In this document: positions 32,232 to 42,757 of the stretch, piece after piece
Position numbering within the stretch: position 1 is the first letter of the stretch
How the letters are laid out: each line of letters starts with the position of its first letter
Source: Syntrophales bacterium
GTDB lineage: Bacteria > Desulfobacterota > Syntrophia > Syntrophales > UBA6807
Assembly: GCA_040767195.1 (NCBI GenBank)
Contig: JAXGPA010000001.1
Coordinates: 128,001 to 192,000, forward strand
Reading direction: 5' to 3'
DNA: 64,000 nt
Made by a program: the position numbers and the translations under genes
The notes under the pieces: model-generated
The model's database searches: none
Told to the model about the DNA's origin: nothing
Seen by the model: the letters and a program-made list of their open reading frames with translations, nothing else

Positions 32232-33035
32232 TCACGGACTTTTGACGATTTCTCCGTAGAATCCGGGTCTACGGTCACGAAAAAGGTCGTTGTACCTATT
32301 GATTGCCTTATCCGTGGCCAACCCCGGGTCGATGTCGACAATCCCCACCGTTTCCTCTTCCTCCCCCGCCCGGAGGAGAACCTCGGAACGGAAATTCACC
32401 GCCTGGCTTTTTCCCGTGTAGGCCAGGCTCTTGCCGCCCCGGTTTTCCATCCCGGTCCGGTTGCAGGTCACGGCGAACAGACGGTTTTCCAGGCACCGGG
32501 TTTTCATGGCCTCCTGGCAGTAAGGCAGAACCAGGTTGGACGGGTGGCCGATGACCTGGGCCCCCTTGAGGGCCAGGACCCGGGCGGCCTCGGGAAAGAA
32601 CCAGTCGAAACAGATCATCACGCCGAGCCGGCAGTGTCCGATGTCGAAAACGGGAAACGCCCCGTCCCCCGGGGTGAACCAGATCGTCTCCTCGAAAAAA
32701 AGATGGACCTTCCGGTACGTTCCGGCATAGCCCCGGGGCGACACGAGGACGGCGGAATTGTAAAACCGGTCCCCGTCTCTCTCGGCCAGTCCCCCCAGGA
32801 GGTGCATCCCCTTTCTTCGAGCCAGGCGGACCAGGAATTCGGTGGTCTTTCCGGCGGGAATTTCCTCCGACAGGCCGCCTACCTCTTCGGCCTTCACGAA
32901 GAGATAGCCCGTGTTGAAAAGTTCCGGAAGGACGAGAAGATCCGCGTCGACGGCGTCAACAAGCCTTTCCACCGTTTCCAGGTTCCGGTCCACCTCGCCG
33001 AACCGGGGGTTGAACTGGACAAAACCGACCTTCAT
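32232..33035 (-). CDS. Carbon-nitrogen hydrolase (nitrilase superfamily)
   Basis: LPELF, YRKVHLF, ICFDWFFPE (E-K-C triad). Confidence 0.88.
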   Translation of the reverse strand: MKVGFVQFNPRFGEVDRNLETVERLVDAVDADLLVLPELFNTGYLFVKAEEVGGLSEEIPAGKTTEFLVRLARRKGMHLLGGLAERDGDRFYNSAVLVSPRGYAGTYRKVHLFFEETIWFTPGDGAFPVFDIGHCRLGVMICFDWFFPEAARVLALKGAQVIGHPSNLVLPYCQEAMKTRCLENRLFAVTCNRTGMENRGGKSLAYTGKSQAVNFRSEVLLRAGEEEETVGIVDIDPGLATDKAINRYNDLFRDRRPGFYGEIVKSP

Positions 33036-33157
33036 GAAAGACTCCTCTCTTCTCCTTTTTCATAAGCCCGATCCGGAGGGAACGGGAAACCAGTATACGG
33101 ATTTTTCTCTTTCCCATCGAGTTTTTTCCGGGCCTTTCACCAGGGCCCTTTCAAGGG

Positions 33158-34237
33158 TCACAGCCGGAACCGCTTCCGCTCCCCCATGCCGAAACAGGCA
33201 TCGACGGAAACCTTCCCCCCTCCCCCGGACCGGATCCACCCGGAAAAACGGCCGAAGGAAGCCCGGTAATCGATCCGCGCGACGAGGAAGTTCCTCTTTT
33301 CGGCGACTTCCCATCGGGGATGGAAATCCACGTGGACGGAACCGGCGTCATCCCGAACGGACCAGACCTCCTGTCCCCCTTGGCGGGTCCGGGTGAAGCT
33401 GACCGGCGGCAGCGGGGTCATTTTCCCGTCCAGCCAGAGGCAATTCTCGTTGTATTCCTCTGGGCAGAGGACCTGGTTACGGGTCAGGTTGAATCCCAGA
33501 AGACCTCTTTCGGGAGATCGGACGGCTCCGGTCACCCAGTCGAAGGCCATCCGGTAGGGGTAAAAGCCCTTGTGATCGTCGATGATGGCGAAGGCGTCCT
33601 CTTCCCCGAAGAGAATTCTCCGGTCCCCCGTAATGAGATGCCCTTCCGCGGGCATCAGGGCCTTGTGGGAATAGAGAGCCCGGTTGTCGGTGAAAGGATG
33701 ACAGATGACGATGGGCTCCGTGACATGGTGGCACCGGACGGACAGCGTCACCGGCAGCCGGCCCCCCGTCGCCGGGATGATTCCCTCGACATGGATCCGA
33801 TTTTCCGCCAGGCGGTTCTCGATCCGGAGGCGCGCACGCCCGGATCGGCACTGGGAAACGCTTTCCTTCATTCCGTTGCCGAGGCGCATGCGAGAGGGAG
33901 CGCATTCCAGAAGATATTGCGTTCCCCTCCCGGAAGGAATATCATGAATGACGAGGACCAGGAGCCTTTTCCATCGGATGTTGTAAACGGCACCGAGAAC
34001 GAAAACATCCCGGTTTCCGACCTGGAAGGCTTCCCATTCCTTCAGGCGTAGCCTCTTGAACCAGGCGGGAACGGGGAAGATTCCCGGTCCATCGAGCATG
34101 TTGACGAACGTAAAGGGGGTGTTGAATGTTCCGAACTGAAACCGGCCGTCTTTAACGGGTGATGGGGGGGCGGGCGTGACCGCCCGGGGCCGTCGATCCC
34201 GGCTTTCAAGGGAACAACCCTCCTGTCTTCCATCCAT
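33158..34237 (-). CDS. DUF2804-like uncharacterised protein
   Basis: LKEWEAF, DDHKGFYPY, ENCLWLDG, FGRFSG resemble DUF2804; start position uncertain. Confidence 0.65.
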   Translation of the reverse strand: MDGRQEGCSLESRDRRPRAVTPAPPSPVKDGRFQFGTFNTPFTFVNMLDGPGIFPVPAWFKRLRLKEWEAFQVGNRDVFVLGAVYNIRWKRLLVLVIHDIPSGRGTQYLLECAPSRMRLGNGMKESVSQCRSGRARLRIENRLAENRIHVEGIIPATGGRLPVTLSVRCHHVTEPIVICHPFTDNRALYSHKALMPAEGHLITGDRRILFGEEDAFAIIDDHKGFYPYRMAFDWVTGAVRSPERGLLGFNLTRNQVLCPEEYNENCLWLDGKMTPLPPVSFTRTRQGGQEVWSVRDDAGSVHVDFHPRWEVAEKRNFLVARIDYRASFGRFSGWIRSGGGGKVSVDACFGMGERKRFRL

Positions 34238-34336
34238 GGAAACACCTCCCGGATCCGGATCGGGTCTCGCGTGTCACCCTTTTTCTTGTACGACAAAAAA
34301 ACGGACAGGCAAGAAGGAAGAAAAACCGGAAGCGAC

Positions 34337-35101
34337 ATGAACGTGACGGAAATAACGGTCAGGACGGCCCTGGTCCGTTCGGGCATTCCCGGGGTGGACT
34401 ACGGGATCAACCCCTACCTGGGCTGCGGCCACGGTTGCCTTTACTGCTACGCCGCTTTCATGACCCGGTACGCCCGGCACCACGCCTCTTTCCGGTGGGG
34501 GACCTTCGTGGAGGCCAAGGTCAACATCGTCCAGGTCCTTCGGAATGAACTCTCCCGAAAGCGGAAGAAGGGCTCGGTGATGCTGTCCACCGTCTGCGAC
34601 CCCTACCAGCCGGCCGAAGTCCGATACGGGCTCACCCGGGGCTGCCTGGAAGCCCTTCGAGAGTCCGGCTGGGGCTTCGACATCCTGACCCGATCCCCCC
34701 TGGTCAACCGGGACAAGGACATCCTGCAAGCAACTCCCGGTGTTTCCGTGGGAGTCACGATCCCCACGGACGACGACTCGGTACGTAAAATCCTGGAACC
34801 GAACGCCCCGCCCATCGAAAGCCGCCTGGAAGCTCTTGGAAAGCTCCGGGACGCCGGCATTGACACGTGGGCCTTCATCGGACCCATGCTTCCCATGGAC
34901 CCGGCAAGGCTCTGCGAGGCCCTCGATCCCCTGGTGAATCACGTCTTCATCGACAGGCTCAACTACCGGTCTAAAGTGGCAGGCCTCTTCAGAAAACACG
35001 GCTGGGAATACGCCCTCACGGAGCGGTACGCCCTGGACACGGAAAAAGCCCTCCTTCGCCTCTTCGGCGAAAAAGCCGACAGCGTCTCGTCGCGTCCCTG
35101 A
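34337..35101 (+). CDS. Radical SAM protein, spore photoproduct lyase-like family
   Basis: NPYLGCGHGCLYCYA, TVCDPYQPAE, ILEPNAP. Confidence 0.85.
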   Translation: MNVTEITVRTALVRSGIPGVDYGINPYLGCGHGCLYCYAAFMTRYARHHASFRWGTFVEAKVNIVQVLRNELSRKRKKGSVMLSTVCDPYQPAEVRYGLTRGCLEALRESGWGFDILTRSPLVNRDKDILQATPGVSVGVTIPTDDDSVRKILEPNAPPIESRLEALGKLRDAGIDTWAFIGPMLPMDPARLCEALDPLVNHVFIDRLNYRSKVAGLFRKHGWEYALTERYALDTEKALLRLFGEKADSVSSRP

Positions 35102-35158
35102 TGAGCCCGGACTTCCGGGGCGTCTTCATGGCATGCTTTAAAAGCGGCCCCCGGGCTT

Positions 35159-35608
35159 TCAGCCTTTCTGCCGCCTTTTCAGAATCTGGATGCCGATGCA
35201 GTGGAAAACCTCTTCATCCCGCTGGTTCCGGCTCGAATAGCGGAACCGCACCGTCCCCCGGTCCGGTCGCTTTGTCGAAGCGGTCGTTTCCAGAACTTCC
35301 GCTTCCGCCGTCAGGGTGTCGCCGGGCTTCACGGGCATCGTCCACCGGACTTCGTCAAATCCCGGGGACCCCAGGTTGTTCGCCAGGATCCCCGACATGA
35401 GAAGAAGCCGGAAAGTCAGGGCCATCGTGTGGATGCCGCTGGCCACGAGACCCCCGAAGATGGACTCCCGGGCCGCTTCCACATCGGTGTGAAAAGGCTG
35501 GGAATCGAACGTCATGGCGAAATCGATGATCTGGCTTTCCGTAACGGTCATGCCGGGCGACCGGAACCGGTCGCCGGCCTTGAAATCCTCGAAATACAAA
35601 GACCTCAT
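35159..35608 (-). CDS. MaoC family dehydratase
   Basis: YFEDF, DSQPFHTD, FGGLVASGIHT, PVKPGDTL. Confidence 0.85.
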   Translation of the reverse strand: MRSLYFEDFKAGDRFRSPGMTVTESQIIDFAMTFDSQPFHTDVEAARESIFGGLVASGIHTMALTFRLLLMSGILANNLGSPGFDEVRWTMPVKPGDTLTAEAEVLETTASTKRPDRGTVRFRYSSRNQRDEEVFHCIGIQILKRRQKG

Positions 35609-35921
35609 TGTTCTTTTCTCCTTCGGCACATCCGCCGCCGGGATGTTCCGCTCTTCGAATTCCCGGGTCAGACGGCCGGGACGCCTTCAGGGATTTGAGG
35701 CTGTCCGACAGGGCCGCACGAGTCAGGCTATAGAATTTCCCGGAATCTGTCAACAGGAGCCCTGGCAACGGGCCCGCCCGCTTTCCCGGTCCCCGCTTTC
35801 CGCCGGCCGGTCCTTTACCTCATGAATAAAAGCTACCGAGGGGAGATGAGGCAGAGGGGTCGTTGCCTCATGAAAAGTGTTACTCAAAAAGAGTTGAGTC
35901 CATTCGCCGGCTATTTTGATC

Positions 35922-35951
35922 TTGACAGAAGGGCTCCCGGTCAACTATAGT
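35922..35951 (+). promoter_or_regulatory. Sigma70-like promoter of the phosphoesterase gene
   Basis: TTGACA-18 nt-TATAGT. Confidence 0.55.
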
Positions 35952-36038
35952 TCGCCGCCGAGTCACGCCGCTGATTCGCGAAAGACCTCTTGCCTGCCGG
36001 GTTTTCGGACTTTTCTTCCCTCCCGGCCCACGGGATCG

Positions 36039-36623
36039 ATGAACGACATTTCGACGACAGCCCGTTTCCTTGTCCTGTCGGACACCCATGACGACCCGGC
36101 GGCCATGGAATGGACCCTGGATTTTCTCGAAAGGGAACCCTTCGACGGGGTCATCCACCTGGGCGACTACTACAGCGATGCCGACATCCTGGACCGGAAC
36201 GGCCACCGCCTCATCCGGGTCCCGGGCACGTGGGACACCTGCTATTATCCCAACCCGGAGGTGGAAAACCGCAAGTTCATCCGGGTGGGGCCGTGGCGGG
36301 TCTTCCTCACCCACACCCCCCACAGCCATTACAACGACCTGGCCTCGGACATCAACCCCGAATTCATCATCACCCGGGGCGAGGCGGACATATTCCTCTA
36401 CGGACACACCCACATCGCCGAAATCCAGCGGAAAAACGGAATGGTCTTCATCAACCCCGGACACATGACGCGCGACGAAAGCCGGGGCTGCGGCATGTCA
36501 TGCGGGCTTCTCGAGTTCGACGGCCACACGCTGACGGCCCGGATCATCCGGATCCGGGACAACCAGGTCCGGCTCAAGGGAACCTTTAAAAAGGACTCTC
36601 TGAAAATGCCCACGGGCATCTGA
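36039..36623 (+). CDS. YfcE-family metallophosphoesterase
   Basis: SDTH, HLGD, THTP, GHTH, NPG. Confidence 0.82.
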   Translation: MNDISTTARFLVLSDTHDDPAAMEWTLDFLEREPFDGVIHLGDYYSDADILDRNGHRLIRVPGTWDTCYYPNPEVENRKFIRVGPWRVFLTHTPHSHYNDLASDINPEFIITRGEADIFLYGHTHIAEIQRKNGMVFINPGHMTRDESRGCGMSCGLLEFDGHTLTARIIRIRDNQVRLKGTFKKDSLKMPTGI

Positions 36624-36783
36624 TCCCGAACACCCCTCTTTCCCCACGATCAGGAACCGCCCTGTAAACACTGGGCCTGACGGCAAAACAGGACTTGCGA
36701 CCTTCTTTTTTTGCAGCGATAGAAGCCGCAGTGGCCGAAGATGAAGGTCGAGAAAGGGGCGGGACGTGTCTGCGAGGCGAATT

Positions 36784-36904
36784 AACCGCCTTTTCACAAC
36801 GGTTCCTTTCGATGCGAAACGAAAGCAACGCCGTGTGTCTGAGCCCGAAGGGCGAGTTTACGGCGTTGCCGTGGAGCGAGAAACGGAACCGTCGAAAAGC
36901 GGTT
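36784..36904. repeat. Long imperfect hairpin element
   Basis: Outer arms AACCGCCTTTTC..ACGGTTCC / GGAACCGT..GAAAAGCGGTT; inner arms GCAACGCCGT / ACGGCGTTGC. Confidence 0.6.
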
Positions 36905-37011
36905 CCTGAGCCGGCAGACACGGACGCGCCCCTTCCGGTTTTCGGACGAAAAAAAACATGCCGGGCCTGACGTGCCGCTGCGCCGCAATGACGAAGGATG
37001 AAGGGCGACTA

Positions 37012-37055
37012 TAAAAAAGAGGGGCCCCGGTCTTCTTCGGACCGGGGCCCCTCTT
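37012..37055 (-). terminator. Intrinsic terminator of the beta-oxidation operon
   Basis: AAGAGGGGCCCCGGTC-7 nt-GACCGGGGCCCCTCTT with a T tract on the minus strand. Confidence 0.8.
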
Positions 37056-37076
37056 ACGTTTCAGACGGAATGTCCG

Positions 37077-38264
37077 TTACAGGAGCTCGTAGATGCCCGC
37101 GGCACCCATGCCGCCGCCGATGCACATGGAAACGATGCCCCGTTTCGCTTTCCGGCGCTTCAGCTCATGGAGAAGCTGGGCCGTCAGCTTGGCGCCGGTG
37201 CATCCCAGGGGGTGGCCCAGGGCGATAGCGCCGCCGTTGGGATTGATGTCCCCCTTCCAGTACCGCTCCTCGATCCCCAGGGTCCGGACGGAGTAGAGGG
37301 CCTGGGAGGCGAAGGCCTCGTTGATTTCAAAAACCTCGACATCATTCAGCGTCAGTCCCGCCTGTTCAAGCACCTTGGGAATGGCGTAGGCCGGTCCCAC
37401 GCCCATCTCATCGGGCTCGCACCCCGCCACGGCATAGTTGGCGAGACGGGCTACGGGTTTCAGGCCCAGTTCCTTCGCCTTTTCCGCCGACATGAGAAGC
37501 GTGAAAGCCGCCCCGTCGGTCATCTGAGAGGCATTCCCCGCCGTGACGGACCCGCCGTTCTTGAAGGGCGATTTCAACTTGCCCAGGGAGTTGAGGTCGG
37601 TAGGCCACCGGACGCCGTCGTCCGTGTCGAAGACGACCTCTTTCTTCACCCACCTGTTATCCTTGTCTTTTTCATGCTTCCAGGCCTGGATGGGGATGAT
37701 CTCCTCCTTGAATTTCCCCGCCTTGATGGCCTCGTAGGCCCGGCGGTTGCTTTCCACGCCCATCTTGTCCTGATCTTCCCGGGAAACGCTGTATCGGGCC
37801 GCCACGTTTTCCGCCGTGATACCCATGGAAACGTAGGTGTTGGGACGGTCCCCCCACTCGGGATGGGGCCGGAAAATGGACCCCCCCATGGGGATGTGGC
37901 TCATCGTTTCGACGCCCCCGGCAATGACGACGTCGGACCACCCCGCCCGGATCTTCGCCGTGGCGTCGGCAATGGCCTGCAGCCCGGAGGAGCAGAACCG
38001 GTTGATGGTCATCCCGCAGGTCGACACGGGAAGACCGGCCCCGAGGGCCACCACCCTGCCCAGGTTCATGCCCTGCTCCGCTTCTGGGAAGGAGCAGCCG
38101 CAGATGAGATCATCCACGTCCCCCGGCTTCAGCGCGGGAACCCTCGCCATGAGCCCCTTGAGAACCTGGATCCCGATTTCATCGCCTCTCGTTTCCGCAA
38201 GACCACCCCTGCGGTACCGGCCGCCCGGACTCCTCACGGATTCAACAATAACAGCATCACGCAT
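37077..38264 (-). CDS. Acetyl-CoA C-acyltransferase (thiolase)
   Basis: NRFCSSG, EINEAFA, GHPLGCTG, MCIGGGMG. Confidence 0.93.
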   Translation of the reverse strand: MRDAVIVESVRSPGGRYRRGGLAETRGDEIGIQVLKGLMARVPALKPGDVDDLICGCSFPEAEQGMNLGRVVALGAGLPVSTCGMTINRFCSSGLQAIADATAKIRAGWSDVVIAGGVETMSHIPMGGSIFRPHPEWGDRPNTYVSMGITAENVAARYSVSREDQDKMGVESNRRAYEAIKAGKFKEEIIPIQAWKHEKDKDNRWVKKEVVFDTDDGVRWPTDLNSLGKLKSPFKNGGSVTAGNASQMTDGAAFTLLMSAEKAKELGLKPVARLANYAVAGCEPDEMGVGPAYAIPKVLEQAGLTLNDVEVFEINEAFASQALYSVRTLGIEERYWKGDINPNGGAIALGHPLGCTGAKLTAQLLHELKRRKAKRGIVSMCIGGGMGAAGIYELL

Positions 38265-38326
38265 GATTATTCCTCCTTATGGTCAAAGTGTTCGTTCCTG
38301 AATTTCCTGGACACAGGCCGTCTTCA

Positions 38327-40744
38327 TCAGTTCCTCAGGGGTTTACCCGTCGTGAGCATGTGCATGATCCGGTCCTGGGTCTTCTGTTCCCCGGCGAGAC
38401 TGAGGAAAGCCTCCCGCTCCAGGTCCAGAACCTGGTCTTCCGTGACGTAGGTCCCTTCGGCGCACTGCCCGCCGGCGATCACTTCGGAGAGCTTCATGGC
38501 CACGTGGAAATCGTAATCGGAAATGTAATTCCCCGCCTTCATGTTGAAGAGGATCGACTCGGCCATGCCGACGAAGTTTTCGCCCATGACGGGGATCATG
38601 GCCTTTTCGGCTTTCCGGTAGAACCGGGAAAGGCCGAGGACGACTTCCTTGGCATCCCAGATCTGGTGATCCCGGTTCAGGCTGATGGTGTCGGTCTTCC
38701 GGACGTACCCGAGATCCTGGGCCTCCACGGCGCTTGTGGCCACCTTGGCCATACCGATATTCTCGAAGACCTTCTGGTAGAACTGCTGGAGGTTGAGTCC
38801 CCCTTCCACGGCGCCCTTTGGAATCCCCTCGGTCATGCGGACCATGAGTTCCTTCGTTCCGCCGCCGGCGGGAATGACGCCGACGCCGACCTCGACAAGG
38901 CCCATGTAGGTTTCACCGGCCGGCTGGCACCGGGTGCCGTGCATGGCGATCTCGCAGCCGCCGCCCAGGGTCATGCCGGCCGGGGCGGTCACCACCGGTT
39001 TTTCGCAGTACTTCATCCGCATGTTGGCGTATTGGAACTCCCGGATCAGCTTTTCCAGGAGATCCCAGTCCCCCTTCTGGATGGCCACGAGAACCATGAA
39101 GATGTTGGCGCCGACGGAAAAATTCGAGCCGTGGTTGGCCACCACGAGTCCCAGGTAATCCTTCTCCACGATGTCGCAGGCATCGTAAATTCCCTGGATG
39201 ACGTCCTGATCGATGGCGTTCATCTTCGTGTGGAACTCGAGACAGGCCACACCGTCACCGATATCCACGAGCGTGGCCCCCAGGTTTTCCCGGATCACCT
39301 TCTTCCTCTCCTTCAGGGGCGGGAGGAGGATGATCTTGGGTTTCGCATCCATCTTCTCATACTGTTTCGTCTTGAAGTCGTAATAGTATTTGCCGTCCTC
39401 CTTGCTCACATAGAAGGATTTGAAACCCTTTTTGAGCATTTCCTCGATCTTCTTCGGAACGGGAAGCTTGAGATCCTTCATGACCGCCACGGCCTCGGCA
39501 ACCCCCACGGCGTCCCACATCTCGAAGGGGCCGAGTTCATGATTGAATCCCCACTTCATGGCGTTGTCGACAGCCACCACGGTGTCGGCGATCTCGGGAA
39601 TCCGGTTGGCGGCGTATATGAAGTTCCGGCACAGGTACTCCCGGACGACCTCGGCAGCCACGTCCTTGCCCTGGAAGAACGGTTTCAGCCGGTCCGCCAT
39701 GTCTCCTTCGACCTTTTTCGCCGCCGAAACGGAGTCGAACCGGGGCTTCGCCGCGGGGCGGTATTCCATGGTGTTGTAGTCGAGGACGAGCTTCGCTTTT
39801 TTGCCCTTTTCGTCCTTGGTCCGCTTGTAGAAGCCCTGTTTCGTCTTGTTGCCGAGCCACTTCTTTTCCATCATCTCCTTCATGAAATCGGAGGGGACGA
39901 AGTAGTCCCGCATTTCGTCGTCGGGGACGGCGTTGTAAAGGTTGTTCATGACGTGGTAGCCCACGTCGAGGCCGACGAGATCGAGGGTGCCGAAGATGGA
40001 CGACCCGGGACGGCCGACGGCCTTCCCGATGACGGCATCGAGCTCGTCCACGGCAAGGCCCTTGTCAATCATGATCCGGATGGCGTTGGAGATGTCGAAG
40101 ACACCGATCCGGTTGGCCACGAAGTTGGGGACGTCCTTGCAGATGACCACGCCCTTCCCGAGAACGTCCTCGCAGAACCGGGTGACATAGTCGACGACCT
40201 CTTTTTTCGTTTCCTTTCCCGGGATCACCTCGACGAGCTTCATGTAGCGGGGGGGGTTGAAAAAGTGGATCCCGAGAAAATGCTCCTTCAGGTTCTTTCC
40301 GAATTTGGCGGAGATGTCCCCGATGGGGATTCCCGAGGTGTTGGTGCTGACGATGCAGTCCGGGCGGACGGCTTTCTCCACTCTCGCGAAAAGGTCCTGC
40401 TTTATTTTCAGGTTTTCCACCACCGCTTCGATGACGAGGTCGGCATCGGCCAGCCAGCCCAGGTTGTCTTCGAAGTTCCCCGGCGTGACCAGGGCGGCCT
40501 TCTGCCTGGCGTAGAAGCTCGCCGGCTTGGATTTCCGGACGTTCTCCAGTCCCGTCACGGCGAAACGGTTCCGCCAGGCGGGACTTTTCTCCGTCAGTCC
40601 TTTTTTCTTGTCCTCCTCCGTCAATTCGAAGGGAACGATATCGAGCAGGTAGCAGGGAATCCCCGCGTTGGCCAGGTGGGCGGCGATGGACGCCCCCATG
40701 ACACCCGCTCCCAGAACAGCTGCCTTTTTGATTTCAAAAGCCAT
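38327..40744 (-). CDS. 3-hydroxyacyl-CoA dehydrogenase/enoyl-CoA hydratase (FadN-type)
   Basis: GAGVMG, SGIPI, HFFNPPRYM, FVANRIG; C-terminal crotonase domain GGGCE, TGKPLRN. Confidence 0.92.
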   Translation of the reverse strand: MAFEIKKAAVLGAGVMGASIAAHLANAGIPCYLLDIVPFELTEEDKKKGLTEKSPAWRNRFAVTGLENVRKSKPASFYARQKAALVTPGNFEDNLGWLADADLVIEAVVENLKIKQDLFARVEKAVRPDCIVSTNTSGIPIGDISAKFGKNLKEHFLGIHFFNPPRYMKLVEVIPGKETKKEVVDYVTRFCEDVLGKGVVICKDVPNFVANRIGVFDISNAIRIMIDKGLAVDELDAVIGKAVGRPGSSIFGTLDLVGLDVGYHVMNNLYNAVPDDEMRDYFVPSDFMKEMMEKKWLGNKTKQGFYKRTKDEKGKKAKLVLDYNTMEYRPAAKPRFDSVSAAKKVEGDMADRLKPFFQGKDVAAEVVREYLCRNFIYAANRIPEIADTVVAVDNAMKWGFNHELGPFEMWDAVGVAEAVAVMKDLKLPVPKKIEEMLKKGFKSFYVSKEDGKYYYDFKTKQYEKMDAKPKIILLPPLKERKKVIRENLGATLVDIGDGVACLEFHTKMNAIDQDVIQGIYDACDIVEKDYLGLVVANHGSNFSVGANIFMVLVAIQKGDWDLLEKLIREFQYANMRMKYCEKPVVTAPAGMTLGGGCEIAMHGTRCQPAGETYMGLVEVGVGVIPAGGGTKELMVRMTEGIPKGAVEGGLNLQQFYQKVFENIGMAKVATSAVEAQDLGYVRKTDTISLNRDHQIWDAKEVVLGLSRFYRKAEKAMIPVMGENFVGMAESILFNMKAGNYISDYDFHVAMKLSEVIAGGQCAEGTYVTEDQVLDLEREAFLSLAGEQKTQDRIMHMLTTGKPLRN

Positions 40745-40777
40745 AATTTTCCTCCTTTACGTTGAGGGGTCAGCAAT

Positions 40778-42637
40778 TTAAAAGGATGCTTCGAGCATCT
40801 CGATGGGGGTTCTGTCCCCAAGCCCGACACTCTGGCAGCGTCCCTGAACCGTCGGAAGAACGGCAGCGGCAAAATACACGGCCGAGGCGATCTTCCCCTG
40901 GTAGAAAGCCACCTCCTCGCTCTCCCGGGCCAGAGCCCTCTGTTTCGCCTTGGACTTCTCGGCGCCCTTTTCCCTGTAGAGGCCTTCCAGTTTTTCCGCG
41001 GCGATGGCGCCGGCTTCGAGGACAAGCCACCCCACCACGAGATCCCCCATGATCATGAGGTAGGGGCGGGCGTTGAGAACGGGGATCATGAAGCTCGCGC
41101 TCTTTCCCCAGCGGCCGAACTGCTGGGTCAGCTGCACCATGGCCCCGAGGGCTTCCTCGAGATGTCCCGCCTCTTTCTTCAAAGCGGGTATCTTTTTGGC
41201 CCGGGCCACCGTCTCCCCGATCTTCTGGAAGAGCTTCGTCACGTGGGCCCCCTTGTTGGCGCCCAGCTTCCGGCCCACCAGGTCGAGAGCCTGGATGGCG
41301 TTGGTCCCCTCGTAGATCGTGGCGATCTTGCAGTCCCGCATGTACTGTTCCACCGGGTATTCGGCGCAGTAACCGTACCCGCCGTGCACGTCGATGGCAT
41401 AGGAGCAGATGTCCATGGCCTTGTCGGACGTGTAGGCCTTGCACAGGGGGGTGAGAATCTCCACGAATCCGTTCCAGAGGGCTTTTTCCTCGTCGCTCTC
41501 GGCCACGTGGGTCATGTCGAGGGCGTAGGCGGCGAAATAGTTCATCGCCCGGAGTCCCTCCACGTGGGACTTCATCCAGAGGAGCGTCCGGCGGATGTCG
41601 GGGTGCTCGATGATGGAAACGGGCTTCGCCGCGGGGTTTTTCATTTCCCAGACCGGCGGGCTCTGTATTCTCTCTTTGGCGTACCGGAGCGCCCGCTGAT
41701 AGGCCGCCGATGCGTGACCGAGGGCCTGCATGCCCACCTCGAGGCGGGCTTCGTTCATCATCTGGAACATGATCCGCATGCCCTGCCGTTCCCGGCCGAG
41801 GAGCTCACCGATGCATTTGCCCTCGTCACCGAAATTGAGGGTGCAGGTGGCGGAGCCCTTGATGCCCATCTTGTGCTCGATGTTTCCCGTGTGGACGTCG
41901 TTCAGCTCGCCCAGGGAACCGTCGTCGTTGACCCGGTATTTAGGGACGAGAAAAATGGAAATCCCGCCCGTCCCGGGAGGGTCCCCCTCGATTCTCGCGA
42001 GAACGGGATGAATGATGTTTTCCGCCAGGTCGTGGTCCCCGCAGGAGATGAAGCACTTGGTCCCGGTAATGCTGAAGGTCCCGTCAGGGAGGCGTTTCGC
42101 CGTTGATCTGAGCGCGCCCACGTCGCTTCCCGCGCCGGGCTCGGTGAGGCACATGGTGCCCGTCCATTCGCCGGAGAGCATTCGGGTAAGGTATTTTTCC
42201 TTCTGTTCGCCGGTGCCGTACTTTTCCACGAGACCCGCCGCGCCGACGGTGAGTCCGGGATACATCATGAAGGCGAAATTGGCGGCGTCCATCATCTCGA
42301 CACAGGCGGAGAAAATGACGGCCGGCATACCCTGGCCCCCGATTTCCGGGTCCTTGGTCGGGCACAGCCACCCGCCTTCACAGAACTTTCCGTAGACCTC
42401 CCGGAAACAGGCCGGAACGCTCACCTGGCCCTCCTTGAAGGTGCAGCCTTCCCGATCCCCCACGTCATAGGTGGGCAGGAGGACTTCCTCGGCCATTTTC
42501 TCGGCCTCGCCGAGCATCATGTCCACAACGTCCTTCGAGTAGTCCCCGAACTTCTCGTAGCTGAACAAATTTTCAACCTGGAGCTGTTCATAGAGGAGAA
42601 ACTTCTGATCCCGCGATTTTACCAGTATATCGCTCAT
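40778..42637 (-). CDS. Acyl-CoA dehydrogenase
   Basis: MCLTEPGAGSD, EHKMGIKGS, GGYGY, IYEGTNAIQ. Confidence 0.92.
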   Translation of the reverse strand: MSDILVKSRDQKFLLYEQLQVENLFSYEKFGDYSKDVVDMMLGEAEKMAEEVLLPTYDVGDREGCTFKEGQVSVPACFREVYGKFCEGGWLCPTKDPEIGGQGMPAVIFSACVEMMDAANFAFMMYPGLTVGAAGLVEKYGTGEQKEKYLTRMLSGEWTGTMCLTEPGAGSDVGALRSTAKRLPDGTFSITGTKCFISCGDHDLAENIIHPVLARIEGDPPGTGGISIFLVPKYRVNDDGSLGELNDVHTGNIEHKMGIKGSATCTLNFGDEGKCIGELLGRERQGMRIMFQMMNEARLEVGMQALGHASAAYQRALRYAKERIQSPPVWEMKNPAAKPVSIIEHPDIRRTLLWMKSHVEGLRAMNYFAAYALDMTHVAESDEEKALWNGFVEILTPLCKAYTSDKAMDICSYAIDVHGGYGYCAEYPVEQYMRDCKIATIYEGTNAIQALDLVGRKLGANKGAHVTKLFQKIGETVARAKKIPALKKEAGHLEEALGAMVQLTQQFGRWGKSASFMIPVLNARPYLMIMGDLVVGWLVLEAGAIAAEKLEGLYREKGAEKSKAKQRALARESEEVAFYQGKIASAVYFAAAVLPTVQGRCQSVGLGDRTPIEMLEASF

Positions 42638-42757
42638 AAAGCCTCCTTTCATTGTATCTCGGCTGTGTCTGTGACAGCGAATCCCTGATTTCGGCGATTC
42701 CGTGAAAAGCCCGCTCAAAAAGCATCGTCGCGGGACCGGTCACCACGTCGCCGTCTT

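Noticed and set aside
38279..40765. 828-aa plus-strand ORF, and similar long antisense ORFs at 14491, 23740, 30080, 45290 and 48256
   Set aside because: They mirror well-conserved genes on the other strand, an expected artefact of high GC3.
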